Below, piece after piece: positions 10,058 to 20,359 of a stretch of DNA of 64,000 nt (the stretch's first letter is position 1; the number at the start of each line of letters is the position of its first letter). Origin of the DNA: a virus (taxonomy: Duplodnaviria > Caudoviricetes); the IMG/VR virus record IMGVR_UViG_3300028591_000131, positions 39,185 through 103,184 of that record. One strand, 5' to 3'. A program made the translations under genes and the position numbers. The notes under the pieces were generated by a model, which was given only the letters and a program-made list of their open reading frames with translations, had not been told where the DNA came from and ran no database searches.

Positions 10058-11200
10058 TTAAATATTTAAAGTATAACGTGAATTAGGTTTTTGTTGTTCG
10101 CCACGTCCTTTACTGACGTATCTGAAACTAGTACCATAATTCTTTTGGTTTTTCAATTTATTTTCCAAATCCCGTATATTTTCATTATTTTTTGTATTTA
10201 CAACCTTACCAACAAGTTTATCAAAATTTTTAAACCCATCTGTAATTGTGAATATCGTACCAACTTTTTGTAAAAAATCTTCGGGATTTTCCATTTGATA
10301 CATTTGCAATTTACTGTAATAATGCCCGTCTTTACCTAAAACAGAAGGATCGTATACATTGCTTACAATTTTACCTCTTACTCGTTTATCAAGTTTTATA
10401 CCTGAAAAAGGTTCTTCCGTTTCCATAATTGTATCTATAACCTTTTTCTGATGAAGTTGCATTTCTGCTTGTCTTTTTTCCTCTTCTAGCTTTGCAGTAT
10501 TTATCTTGTTGTCATACAACTGTTGATAAAATTGTTTTTGAGTTACCAAAGCGTTTTGTGCATCTTCGATATCTGTTCCAGCATCAAAAGACTTTTTCAC
10601 TTCTCTGTTTACTTGATCTTCATTCATACCAAGGTTTTGGTAATAAGAAGCAATAAGATCCTTGCGTAGTTGTGTAATTTGTTCATTTGAATCGTCTTTC
10701 AAAGATTCAGGATCAATCTTGTTCAAATAGTCTATAGTGTTTTGAATGTAGTTTAATTCTTGTACATCAGCACCATATCCCATTGCATCAAGCAATTCTT
10801 GTTGTTTTGAATCGAAACGGCTTTTTATTTCAGTTTCAATTGCAGATTTAAATGTGTCAGCATCTGTAATGCTTGCCACACTATCATCATCAAGATATTC
10901 GAGAACCCCGTCATTCTTAAGAGCACTGGCTATGGAAGAATAAAAGTCGGCTGAAGAATTACCAGGTTCTTCTTGAACTTCAGGGTTCTTCGTATCTTGT
11001 TTATCTTCATCACCTACGCTCTCTGAATCATCGTCAAACAGACTTTCCGGGTCAATGTCAACGATATTCTCGGTGTTATCATTATCATTATTATTATCTG
11101 TTTCTTCTACAGAAACATCATCTTTTTGTTCATCATCCTCGTTGCCAAAAAAATTAAAACTCAACGAATCATCAATGTTGTTAAAATCTAAATCTTCCAT
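10058..11200 (-). CDS. Putative capsid scaffolding protein
   Basis: Very acidic N-terminus and coiled-coil, immediately upstream of MCP; ATG at 11200 (MEDLDF) preferred. Confidence 0.65.
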   Translation of the reverse strand: MEDLDFNNIDDSLSFNFFGNEDDEQKDDVSVEETDNNNDNDNTENIVDIDPESLFDDDSESVGDEDKQDTKNPEVQEEPGNSSADFYSSIASALKNDGVLEYLDDDSVASITDADTFKSAIETEIKSRFDSKQQELLDAMGYGADVQELNYIQNTIDYLNKIDPESLKDDSNEQITQLRKDLIASYYQNLGMNEDQVNREVKKSFDAGTDIEDAQNALVTQKQFYQQLYDNKINTAKLEEEKRQAEMQLHQKKVIDTIMETEEPFSGIKLDKRVRGKIVSNVYDPSVLGKDGHYYSKLQMYQMENPEDFLQKVGTIFTITDGFKNFDKLVGKVVNTKNNENIRDLENKLKNQKNYGTSFRYVSKGRGEQQKPNSRYTLNI

Positions 11201-11210
11201 ATTTTTATAT

Positions 11211-11690
11211 TTAAAATTTATAAATAACTCCAACCCCAACCGATGGGCCAAAGTCAAACTTTTTACTATTCAATCCGTATATAGCAGAAAATCCTGCATA
11301 TACTCCAAATCCAAAATGTTTTATTTGTTTGTCAACAGTTTTCGTAATAGTAATTGTGTCTTTTATTATTGTATCGTGCGTTATAACACGTATTTCAAGA
11401 TTATCAATCACTATTGTATCTTTTGTGTCACCACTTACTAAAACAGAATCGGTATTGTTAAATACAAATACTGTGTCAATATGTCCTGGTAATTGATAAT
11501 AGTGATCCACAAAGACTGAATCTGTTTTCCTATCCACAATAGTATCTGTGACATGTTTTATTTTTATTGTTGTTTTTTCTTTATCGTTACATTTTACAAA
11601 CAAAATACTTGACAACAAACATATAGTTACAATAAATATTGTGTATATCAATACTATCCACTTAAAAGATTTATTCTTGCTTGTTATCAT
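11211..11690 (-). CDS. Membrane protein, spanin-like lysis accessory
   Basis: N-terminal TM helix, repeated DT(I/V) motifs, C-terminal 'FGFGVYAGF...GPSVGVGVIYKF'. Confidence 0.5.
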   Translation of the reverse strand: MITSKNKSFKWIVLIYTIFIVTICLLSSILFVKCNDKEKTTIKIKHVTDTIVDRKTDSVFVDHYYQLPGHIDTVFVFNNTDSVLVSGDTKDTIVIDNLEIRVITHDTIIKDTITITKTVDKQIKHFGFGVYAGFSAIYGLNSKKFDFGPSVGVGVIYKF

Positions 11691-12039
11691 TATTATTTAA
11701 AGTTTCTTCTGTTTGTTCAGTGTCATCTTCATCAAAGTTATCAAAATCAATAGCTATTATTTCACGTAAAGCACAATTTGTTTTTGCACATGTTTTTGTA
11801 GTAACATCTACTAGATAAGAATATAATCTGCTTATCTTGCGATTAGCCATAATTTGAGCCCTGTTTAAACGGTTTGTTTCTTTTTCGTTATACGTCAATC
11901 GTTCACGTATAGCTTCAAATTCGTCTTTTTGTGTCATAATTGTATCCTGTTTCTTGGAAAATAATTTTGACACAATCAAATGTAAAATTTCTGAAATTCC
12001 CAATGTTCCTGCAATTGCAATTATAATTTCTATTGTCAT
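11671..12039 (-). CDS. Putative holin
   Basis: Single N-terminal TM segment, coiled coil, CxxxxCxxR. Confidence 0.45.
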   Translation of the reverse strand: MTIEIIIAIAGTLGISEILHLIVSKLFSKKQDTIMTQKDEFEAIRERLTYNEKETNRLNRAQIMANRKISRLYSYLVDVTTKTCAKTNCALREIIAIDFDNFDEDDTEQTEETLNNNDNKQE

Positions 12040-14504
12040 GACTGAGAAGGTTTTTTATTAGCTTGTTTTCGTTTTATTTTAACCTCTTCAGCTTTTAATT
12101 TTAATTCACGTTCTTTGAACGATTTGTCTTCTTTATGTTGTTGTTCTTCCAAATTCTGTTTACGTTGTTCAAGTCTTCGTTGCGCAGCTTGTTCTTCTTT
12201 ATCGTGTGCCAATTGTGCATCAAACTGACGAGCATCTTCTTTTATTTTAGCCATCTCCACTTCTTCGTCAATAAGACTGTCACCGTAGATTTGTTCAGCT
12301 TCAATATGGCCTTGAGTCTGAATTTGTGCAATCTGCAAACGTGTTTCATTGTCACGTTGATTCATCATATCTTGTAGCTCAAGCTTTTGTTGTTCAAGTT
12401 GCATACGCATTTCTTGTTCTTGCTTTTGCAGTTCAGCTTGTTGACGCATTTGTTCTGATTGCTGTTGACGCATTTCGTCTTCCTCTGCCTCAATCATACG
12501 CATTGTTTCTGCCAAAGAATTCGATGTATAAATTTTCATTAACGAAGAGAAACTTATCATTTGATTTTGTAATGCAGCTTGACCTAACATTTCAAGTTTA
12601 CTTGTCAGATTCTGCGCATACGGTGAGTTATCAACAACCAAACCATAATCATTCTCACTGAATTCATCACCATCTACATCTAATGTTGCCAAAGAACTAT
12701 CGGATAAAACGTATTGAAATTTCTTATTTTTACCTTTCATGGCAAATTTAAGTACTTCCAAATAACATTCCAACACACGTTTCTTTACATCAGAATGTGT
12801 ATTGAACAACCACTCTGTGATATATGAAGACTGCAATGTTGAACGTTCGATACCACCAACAGTCTCTCTATTTGCAATTTGACCTTCACGTTGTTTGGAA
12901 ATACCACAAGCATCGCTCATTTCATTCTTGATATATTCAAGCATTTGCCAATGCTGTTGTATATAATCTCCGGTGTTAGTACCTATAAGACCACGTGAAT
13001 TTGACGCAAAATTGCCTGCTAACTTTCCAGTAGCAGCACCTATGTTACCTTCTTTAAATGAATCTTTGATTGCCAAATGGTTCTTTTTTGCATAAAACAG
13101 CCATTGTTCAGGTGTCCATTTATCAGGAATACTGGCAATATCAAGTTCAAATAATTGTCCAAAATTTGCTTCCATTGCTTCATTTAAACGTTCGTGTACA
13201 ACGTCATATAAATAAGCAAACGGTTTCAATGTATCCACTAATGAAAATACCTCATCTTCATTGACATTATAATAACTGCCGATAAATCCGAAATGACATT
13301 TGGATGGATTTTCCATTGTATTGAATTGTATCTCGCAAGGACGTATTTGCAAATAAACTTCCTTACCGATTTTGTAACCTTCCCAAGCTTCATTAATCCA
13401 ATAAATTTCTTCTTCTTCACCGAGACTTTCATCTATTTGATAATCTTCGCTATAAAAATGATACTCAGTATCACCTGTTTCGGGATTGTAAGATTTTACC
13501 TTCTTTATTTGACGTCTTGATTTCCAGAACATATGCAATACACGAATGTTACCATCCGAATCGTACACTTCATTTTGTCCGCCATCTGTAAATAAAACAT
13601 AATCACCAACTATAGTGCCTCCCGGAAAATTAAACAGATCGTTAGAATTAATAAAACCTTTGGTTTCATCACGATTCCACATTTCATCAGGATCATCAAG
13701 ATGAGGTAAATCTTCAAGATATTTACGATCTTTTTCTGTAAGAATATCTGCAAAAGTGTCATATATTTTACCAAGAGACCAATAGTCTTCATAAATAATA
13801 ACGTCTGCATCTTCAACTCTAGAAGAATAACCACTACGCCAACTATGAAGTTTCATAGGATTCATTCGTTCTATAACGGGTTCTCCACCAGCCATATGAC
13901 ACCAATATATCTCTTCACCAACGGTAAGTGCATCCATAAATCCATCAGCAAACAAACTTTGTACATTATTTTCTTTAGTATAATGATTTAACAAAGCATT
14001 TGCTCTGATTTCACGTATGTCTTGCCAATGATACTTAAATTCTTTCTCTATATTTTGTAATTTCTGTTTGAACTCTTCTTCAGATTTGGATTCTGACTGT
14101 ATAGCATTTTGTACAGCTTGAAACAATTCTTCTTGTTTCTTGCGTTCAATCTCGCTTATTGCATTTGGATTTGTACATACTACACGATATTCAAAACGTC
14201 TTCCTATCTCTTCACCGCAAAGCACACGTAACTTGGCGTTCATTACAGGATAATGTTGAATTGTATCCGGAATAAACGCAGAATTCAAACCAGTAGGATT
14301 CATAACCAACATTAAGTCATCCATATGAATTTTACCATTAACCAAATCATAGTTAATCTTTTTATTCATAATAGAAGAACGCACCTTCTCATTATAACGT
14401 GAAGATACGTTGTTATCGGCCCAATCCAAATGCTTTTTACGCCATTCGTCGTTCTTTTTCTTGAATGGAATTTGTTGCGGTGGAAATGTTTTTATTCTAC
14501 TCAT
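12036..14504 (-). CDS. Portal protein
   Basis: 822 aa; 'FPPQQIP..KK...W', 'GISKQREGQI.NRETVGG.ER', Gln-rich coiled-coil C-terminus; adjacent to terminase. Confidence 0.9.
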   Translation of the reverse strand: MSRIKTFPPQQIPFKKKNDEWRKKHLDWADNNVSSRYNEKVRSSIMNKKINYDLVNGKIHMDDLMLVMNPTGLNSAFIPDTIQHYPVMNAKLRVLCGEEIGRRFEYRVVCTNPNAISEIERKKQEELFQAVQNAIQSESKSEEEFKQKLQNIEKEFKYHWQDIREIRANALLNHYTKENNVQSLFADGFMDALTVGEEIYWCHMAGGEPVIERMNPMKLHSWRSGYSSRVEDADVIIYEDYWSLGKIYDTFADILTEKDRKYLEDLPHLDDPDEMWNRDETKGFINSNDLFNFPGGTIVGDYVLFTDGGQNEVYDSDGNIRVLHMFWKSRRQIKKVKSYNPETGDTEYHFYSEDYQIDESLGEEEEIYWINEAWEGYKIGKEVYLQIRPCEIQFNTMENPSKCHFGFIGSYYNVNEDEVFSLVDTLKPFAYLYDVVHERLNEAMEANFGQLFELDIASIPDKWTPEQWLFYAKKNHLAIKDSFKEGNIGAATGKLAGNFASNSRGLIGTNTGDYIQQHWQMLEYIKNEMSDACGISKQREGQIANRETVGGIERSTLQSSYITEWLFNTHSDVKKRVLECYLEVLKFAMKGKNKKFQYVLSDSSLATLDVDGDEFSENDYGLVVDNSPYAQNLTSKLEMLGQAALQNQMISFSSLMKIYTSNSLAETMRMIEAEEDEMRQQQSEQMRQQAELQKQEQEMRMQLEQQKLELQDMMNQRDNETRLQIAQIQTQGHIEAEQIYGDSLIDEEVEMAKIKEDARQFDAQLAHDKEEQAAQRRLEQRKQNLEEQQHKEDKSFKERELKLKAEEVKIKRKQANKKPSQS

Positions 14505-14524
14505 GTTAAATTATTATATAAACG

Positions 14525-14534
14525 TGCAAAAATA
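14525..14534 (-). promoter_or_regulatory. Bacteroidota-type -7 promoter box (TAnnTTTG) upstream of portal
   Basis: TATTTTTGCA on the minus strand in the intergenic gap. Confidence 0.55.
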
Positions 14535-14574
14535 ATAAAAAAAATAACACATTAATATACATATTAATTTCAAA

Positions 14575-16890
14575 TTAACCATTTATAAAGATTCCGTCTA
14601 CATTTATATTTGTTTCCGATTTCTTGAAACGGTTTTTCATTTTATTATAAGTATCAAAAAATGAATCAGTTAGAAATTCATTTTTGTATTCTGGACGTTT
14701 GGATGGTTCCCCGGAATTCAATCTATAAACATCTTCCCGATATAACATCAACATTAGCATCGCGTCGTGTCTGTCAAAGTTACCATCCAAATTGTAAAGA
14801 GCCAATTCCTGTAACAAAGCAATATTACGTACATCCATCAATTGCGGATATGTGGTTTCTATTTCGATATCGTCGACTTTTTCAATTTTACTTTTAGGTT
14901 TCAATAACCAATCCCGAAGTAATCCTCGTGCAAAATTTTGTATCGGCACTGTAGCTCTTACACCATAAGAAGTGTTTCCAAACAACTCACCTTTGACCAA
15001 ATCTCTGTCTTTCAAATAAGAAAACGTAGGTGTCAAAAGATATGTGCAATGTGTTCTGCTAAAATATGAATATAAACCCTTCCAGTTATTTTCATAACAA
15101 AGTCTTGCATCATAAAACAAACACAAACGTCTGCATATTTCATAAAAATCCTCTGCGAATTTTGGTCTTCCTGTAAACTCTGCAACAATATTGTCTGTAA
15201 ATACATCGAGTACAAATATCGAACCTAAAGACAATGTGCCAGATACATCATTATCATACACATCCGCTCCTGCAATATAACGATTGCGGAACACTTCGTT
15301 TGTAGTTTTGTTTATTTCGGGCATTTTGAATATTTCTATAGCACCTTCAAGCTTATTGTCTTTGTGTGGAAAATGTCTTATCGGTGTATCTGTTGTTGGT
15401 TGAAATTCAACTTTTCCTCCAACTATATTCAATTTGCCAACATAAACATCATCAAAAGCATGTGGATTTAAGTTTAATTCTGCAATACGCGATTGTATAT
15501 CTGCAACTGGGTATATATTACCACCTACTTTCATTATACAATCTTGTATTGTCAAAGGTAACTCTGCTTTCTTCTGTGTAACAGACAACGGATCACTTGT
15601 AGTTGTTTTTGTCTTGTAACGTTCCATCAAAACTTCAAGTAAAGATCCAGTAACATCAGAATTACCGTCTTCATCGTAAAATCCCTTACGGTTCATATAT
15701 GCTCCTATAAAGAACAAACAAGTACCCTTACCCTGTGTGCTTTTATCAAAAACATTAGGCAATGGATACATATGATAACCTTCCGGATGGTAAATCATCT
15801 CCAATGCACCTGAGAAGTCATTTCCTTTTGTACCACCTGTACCAATAACTCCCAATGTACCAAACGCATAACCGCCTTCTTCGGCATTATAAAGAGCCGT
15901 ATTGTATGTTTCCAAGAAATTAGGGAACATACCAAACTCTTCAAAGTAAGTACGAACAGCACGTTTACCACGAATCTTACCAGGCTTGTCTTTAATAGAC
16001 AAACCCATAACTTCATTCTTGGTACCACGTTCAATCTGTTGGTCTTCTGAATCAAAATAACCCATACGCCAGTGCATATCACCAAGACTGCTTTTAAGAC
16101 GTTTTGACGGGAATTGTGTATTGTCTGCACAAAAGTCTATACAATCCACAAACTTGTTCAAAGTACCATCGTTGATCAAGAATTGTTTATCAGCGGCAAC
16201 AACAACGTTTTTAACAGATTTGTTAACTTCTTGATTTTCACCACATATAAACTGTTTAGCCATCATAGCGGCAATAAATAATGACTTGCCGCAACCTCGT
16301 CTAGCGATAACTCCAAAATGTTCACCACCTTGAAAATTATTGTATTTACCACCGTAAACAGCTTGATGTATATAATGTCCCCATAAATATGTCGAATCCC
16401 ATATTTCAGGAAAATCAATAACACGGTTACCCTTTTTTTTGCCTTTTTCAACTTTGGTTTGTAAGATAGGACTGTAATTCCAATAAAAATACAAATCTCC
16501 CGGTATCCATTCACCGTCTGAAGGTCTTACCATGCCGTTCCAGATACGATCAATTTCAGTACGTAACCACTTTGCAAACTCACTATTGGGGTTTGCATTG
16601 GGTCTCAATGTAGTATAACAACCGTATTTTTTATAATGTAATGCAGCTGGTCTGAAATAATCCATATCCTCAAGTATATGAGGATGAATCAAATCAACAA
16701 TAATCCTACCCTTTTCATCTCTTGGTAAATCTTTTGCACGAAGTCTTTTTGAACTTACCATTGATTCAATAAAAGGAACATTGTTTATTACATCAATAAA
16801 TTCATCCTGTACTTCTTTGGGGTACATTTTTAATTGGTCTGCCAAAATGGCAGTCTGTTTATCATTAAACAGCAAGTTGATCGAGTCCAT
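14575..16890 (-). CDS. terL: Terminase large subunit
   Basis: Walker A 'ARRGCGKS', Walker B 'YFEEFG', RNase H-like 'YIAGADVYD' and 'GNFDRHDA'. Confidence 0.92.
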   Translation of the reverse strand: MDSINLLFNDKQTAILADQLKMYPKEVQDEFIDVINNVPFIESMVSSKRLRAKDLPRDEKGRIIVDLIHPHILEDMDYFRPAALHYKKYGCYTTLRPNANPNSEFAKWLRTEIDRIWNGMVRPSDGEWIPGDLYFYWNYSPILQTKVEKGKKKGNRVIDFPEIWDSTYLWGHYIHQAVYGGKYNNFQGGEHFGVIARRGCGKSLFIAAMMAKQFICGENQEVNKSVKNVVVAADKQFLINDGTLNKFVDCIDFCADNTQFPSKRLKSSLGDMHWRMGYFDSEDQQIERGTKNEVMGLSIKDKPGKIRGKRAVRTYFEEFGMFPNFLETYNTALYNAEEGGYAFGTLGVIGTGGTKGNDFSGALEMIYHPEGYHMYPLPNVFDKSTQGKGTCLFFIGAYMNRKGFYDEDGNSDVTGSLLEVLMERYKTKTTTSDPLSVTQKKAELPLTIQDCIMKVGGNIYPVADIQSRIAELNLNPHAFDDVYVGKLNIVGGKVEFQPTTDTPIRHFPHKDNKLEGAIEIFKMPEINKTTNEVFRNRYIAGADVYDNDVSGTLSLGSIFVLDVFTDNIVAEFTGRPKFAEDFYEICRRLCLFYDARLCYENNWKGLYSYFSRTHCTYLLTPTFSYLKDRDLVKGELFGNTSYGVRATVPIQNFARGLLRDWLLKPKSKIEKVDDIEIETTYPQLMDVRNIALLQELALYNLDGNFDRHDAMLMLMLYREDVYRLNSGEPSKRPEYKNEFLTDSFFDTYNKMKNRFKKSETNINVDGIFING

Positions 16891-17428
16891 CTTCCAATAA
16901 CTTTTTTACACCGTTACCACGCATTTTTGCGTTTTCTTCAATATCTGATACAATAGCTTTCTCCGCTTTATTCAAATCCTCAATAAGGCCTGGAATCTGC
17001 TTTATTGTAGCTGTTATTGTATTTAATGTATAAATGGGTTTGCCTTTGTCATCAACAGCTTTAAGGTCTATTTCCTTTAATTGTACACGTAATTTATTAA
17101 TAAGTTCCCGTGTATCCTGAAGCAATAATGAACTTGGTGAGGTTGTTAAATATTTATACACTTCCATGGCTTTTTCTATTGTTTTATCAGGTTTCCATTT
17201 TTTAGGAAATCCTTCTTGTTCCAATATCTTTTCCATACGTGTTTCTTCATCTATAAGAAACATATAATCACTTCTTGGATCACAAAAGAAATAAATAAAA
17301 CCTAACTCCTGTATGGCTTTTTCTTTAGTGTCGCTTTTATCCCTGTTCCATATATCACGAAAGGCCTTGATTGCCAAGGCCTCCTCAGAGATATTTAATT
17401 TAAATCCTTCAAACTTAAATAATTTCAT
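16865..17428 (-). CDS. Conserved crAss-like protein upstream of terL (possible small terminase)
   Basis: 187 aa helical protein overlapping the terL start. Confidence 0.5.
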   Translation of the reverse strand: MKLFKFEGFKLNISEEALAIKAFRDIWNRDKSDTKEKAIQELGFIYFFCDPRSDYMFLIDEETRMEKILEQEGFPKKWKPDKTIEKAMEVYKYLTTSPSSLLLQDTRELINKLRVQLKEIDLKAVDDKGKPIYTLNTITATIKQIPGLIEDLNKAEKAIVSDIEENAKMRGNGVKKLLEDGLDQLAV

Positions 17429-17436
17429 GTGTTGTA

Positions 17437-17829
17437 TTATGATTTAATCGGTTCCCATTCTTCAATAACAAAATCAATATCACGAATATCCAAATACAAA
17501 TACGGCTTTCCATCAAGCTCTATTTCCGGAAAAGCATATCCTATTACTTGATTTGAATATTCCTCCATATTATCGTGCATATCACCTTTCTTGTATTTCT
17601 TCACAGCATAATTTGTAGGATCGATACAAACCAAATCTCCTACCTTGACATCACGAACAGAATCACCAACGGCAATAACTGTCTGGTATTCCTTTACACC
17701 TTGCTTGATCTTTGTCGAATCGATAATCTGTGTTCCTGGAATATAAGTTATGTCATCATACATATTTTTTGTCACCAACAGTTTGGTGAACATAGGTTTT
17801 ATCTTTTTGATATTTATTGTTTCTTCCAT
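17437..17829 (-). CDS. GroES-like co-chaperonin
   Basis: 'IKPMFTKLLV', 'VIAVGDSVRDVKVGDLV', 'ELDGKPYLYLDIRDIDFVI' follow the GroES pattern. Confidence 0.7.
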   Translation of the reverse strand: MEETINIKKIKPMFTKLLVTKNMYDDITYIPGTQIIDSTKIKQGVKEYQTVIAVGDSVRDVKVGDLVCIDPTNYAVKKYKKGDMHDNMEEYSNQVIGYAFPEIELDGKPYLYLDIRDIDFVIEEWEPIKS

Positions 17830-18062
17830 ATTTCAGCGAATTTTTTAATAGTTTTTCTATCCAAATACAATTTTCCCAATCCGGGAATGTTAAACGATGT
17901 TTTCATCGCATCTAATTCTTCATCTGACATTTCGGTATATTCCAAAGACGATATCGTTTTATAAATAAATTCAAATGTGTCGTAGTATATGTTCCGTATA
18001 TCGCCTTTGGACATACCGTACTTGTCAGCTATCTTTTGAAAATCAATTTCAGTTACGTCCAT
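17814..18062 (-). CDS. HU/IHF-like DNA-binding protein
   Basis: 'IADKYGMSKGDI...FNIPGLGKLY' resembles the HU/IHF fold. Confidence 0.55.
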   Translation of the reverse strand: MDVTEIDFQKIADKYGMSKGDIRNIYYDTFEFIYKTISSLEYTEMSDEELDAMKTSFNIPGLGKLYLDRKTIKKFAEIWKKQ

Positions 18063-18447
18063 TGAAACTAAATTGGACTATTAGTTTATAATCTTCACAA
18101 GTGTCATCCAACCTCGGTATCAATTTTGGGTTTATAGTATCTCCAACAATAGCTTTCTTGTCCCGAAGATGTTTCAACATAACTTGAAAATAGTTCGAAG
18201 TTACATTAAGTTCATTACGTATTTCCTTGCGTATTTTACCACTCATTAGTGTTGTGTTCAATACTTTTTCATCTTGAATCACTTTGGACAACTGATATCT
18301 CTTATAAAGTAACATTGCCATAAGTTCAATATCACGTGGATTTATTTTGTGCAACGGACGTAAGAATTCAACCCAATACTTGAAAAACTGCAAATTCAAG
18401 TTAGTAGGTACAGACACTACGGTTGTATTCTTAAGCATCTTGGACAT
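18049..18447 (-). CDS. Hypothetical protein, possibly winged-helix
   Basis: 'IRKEIRNELNVTSNYFQVMLKHLRDKKAI' HTH-like. Confidence 0.45.
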   Translation of the reverse strand: MSKMLKNTTVVSVPTNLNLQFFKYWVEFLRPLHKINPRDIELMAMLLYKRYQLSKVIQDEKVLNTTLMSGKIRKEIRNELNVTSNYFQVMLKHLRDKKAIVGDTINPKLIPRLDDTCEDYKLIVQFSFNGRN

Positions 18448-18712
18448 CGGTTTGTACTTCTGTTTCAGTTTCGTCATTAGGATTTTCCATTACCAACACA
18501 CGCTGGATGTCTTCAGAACACTTGCCAACGTAATCCTTCGGGAAATACTTTGCCAATTCAAGAACCTTAAACTCAAAATTCAATCTGGCAATCATTTCTG
18601 AAAATTGTGTTTGCTTAAGTCTTTCTGTCATTTCGTTTACTTGAGAACCGAGATAACCACAATATCTTTCAAGTTCTTCGTAAGACATCTTCTTTTCGTT
18701 TTTATTCTCCAT
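18431..18712 (-). CDS. Hypothetical protein
   Basis: 93 aa ORF in operon. Confidence 0.55.
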   Translation of the reverse strand: MENKNEKKMSYEELERYCGYLGSQVNEMTERLKQTQFSEMIARLNFEFKVLELAKYFPKDYVGKCSEDIQRVLVMENPNDETETEVQTDVQDA

Positions 18713-18743
18713 ATTTAAAAATTTAAGTTAAAAAATTTCAGCC

Positions 18744-18753
18744 TGCAAAGATA
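18744..18753 (-). promoter_or_regulatory. Bacteroidota-type -7 promoter box
   Basis: TATCTTTGCA on the minus strand, intergenic. Confidence 0.65.
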
Positions 18754-18773
18754 CAAAAAAAATTAATACGTTG

Positions 18774-18962
18774 TTACTTTTGCAATAATTTTTTTCCATA
18801 TTTTTGCTTATATCGTTTTTCCCAATCGTCAATCATTGTCAATTTGACATTAGTACTACCACAATCTTTGCAATAATTATAATCGTCCATTTTCAATATT
18901 GTTAATGAAAGACAATCTTCACAAAAGAAAACTGGGATATCGTTATACTCTTTTTTTGTCAT
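18774..18962 (-). CDS. Small zinc-ribbon protein
   Basis: CEDC...CKDCGS; ATG at 18962 preferred. Confidence 0.6.
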   Translation of the reverse strand: MTKKEYNDIPVFFCEDCLSLTILKMDDYNYCKDCGSTNVKLTMIDDWEKRYKQKYGKKLLQK

Positions 18963-19022
18963 GTTGTTTAATTTAGGTAAAAAAGACACTCCTCGCATGT
19001 TACAAGGAGTGTCCAAAAACAA

Positions 19023-20291
19023 TTAAATATAAAATATGTTCTGTAAACCTTTATAACCATCCCAAAGAAAGGCACTGAGACGTTTTACAGAATGGTAGCC
19101 CTGTCTTTTTTCAAAAGGAGAAGAACCACATATAGTAGGCAAATGACGTGTAATCACACCATTGTCTTCAATAACTTGTTCAGAATGCAAGTGTCCGCAA
19201 TGTATTTCAATTTGTTTTGCATTGCTGATATATTCTCTTGCATCGTTGTATAACCATTGATTTAACCTTTTAGCATTCATATCACCGTGTATAAACCCAA
19301 CAAGATTTGTGCCATACATTGTGTATTTACGATCAGTTTGTCTCAAATCAAATTCAATATTTTCATCATTATGAAAATAAGCACCCACTACTGTCATCAA
19401 AGTATATCCTAAAACTGTATCGTGGTTTCCTGGAACATAGATTACACGTATTTTAGGGTTATTTGTGACCTCCTTAATATAATCTATCAACATGATTATA
19501 TTTTCAGATGCAGAAGTAAACATCGTTTCAAAACTCACATTTGAACATTGTGGAGTACCTTTTGTTGTGGTTTTCTGTGCATTGTCATAATGCAGTATAT
19601 CTCCAAGAAAAACAAGATCTATATTTGAGGGATCTGTGTTTTTTACAATTTCTCCTATAGCATACACTTTTTCCTCAAACAGATACTCAAAATCTGAAAA
19701 AGACTGCACATCTTCGTTTACTGTAAGTCCGAAATGCAAATCCGGCAAACATATTTCCAAATATTTTTCGTCACGTTTTGACTTTTTGCAACGTTTTTGA
19801 ATGTCTGTAATTCTCTTGTGTGAGTAACTACTATCTTTATCATCAAACAATGTATCTACAGTTTCTTCTATAAGTTTTCTTATATTTTGCTCTTTAGATA
19901 AAGGTTTGACAGTTATCCTTGAAGAATACAATACCTTGTTGTCTTTTGTAGAATTTTGCCAAATTGATGCTGTTGCACTCACTAATTGGAATTCATTTAT
20001 ATCGTAACCGTGAATCTTTAAAAGAAAATTCGGGTCTTTCAACTCTTCTTGAGAGCATTCCAACAGTTTTTCAGAACATTGTTGACCATTACTTGTGATG
20101 GTAACGGTATCTTTGAAATTATTTGCACATACTTCAACAACAGTATTGGAATTCAATTTTTCTTTTAATCTTTCCAAACGGTGTCTTGCTGTGTCTTTTG
20201 ACACGTCTTCACCGTATATTCTGAAATATTTTTGTCTATTTGTTTCGTCGCTATTCAAAATGCGGCGTATTTGTTCATTATTCAATTCCAT
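19023..20291 (-). CDS. Calcineurin-like metallophosphoesterase
   Basis: Motifs DLHFG, GDILH, GNHD, HGD, GHLH. Confidence 0.85.
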   Translation of the reverse strand: MELNNEQIRRILNSDETNRQKYFRIYGEDVSKDTARHRLERLKEKLNSNTVVEVCANNFKDTVTITSNGQQCSEKLLECSQEELKDPNFLLKIHGYDINEFQLVSATASIWQNSTKDNKVLYSSRITVKPLSKEQNIRKLIEETVDTLFDDKDSSYSHKRITDIQKRCKKSKRDEKYLEICLPDLHFGLTVNEDVQSFSDFEYLFEEKVYAIGEIVKNTDPSNIDLVFLGDILHYDNAQKTTTKGTPQCSNVSFETMFTSASENIIMLIDYIKEVTNNPKIRVIYVPGNHDTVLGYTLMTVVGAYFHNDENIEFDLRQTDRKYTMYGTNLVGFIHGDMNAKRLNQWLYNDAREYISNAKQIEIHCGHLHSEQVIEDNGVITRHLPTICGSSPFEKRQGYHSVKRLSAFLWDGYKGLQNIFYI

Positions 20292-20315
20292 ATTTAATTG
20301 TTTATATTAATAATG

Positions 20316-20325
20316 TGCAAAGATA
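20316..20325 (-). promoter_or_regulatory. Bacteroidota-type -7 promoter box
   Basis: TATCTTTGCA on the minus strand, intergenic. Confidence 0.65.
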
Positions 20326-20359
20326 CAAAAAAAATCAATACAAATTACAAAAAAAGTAA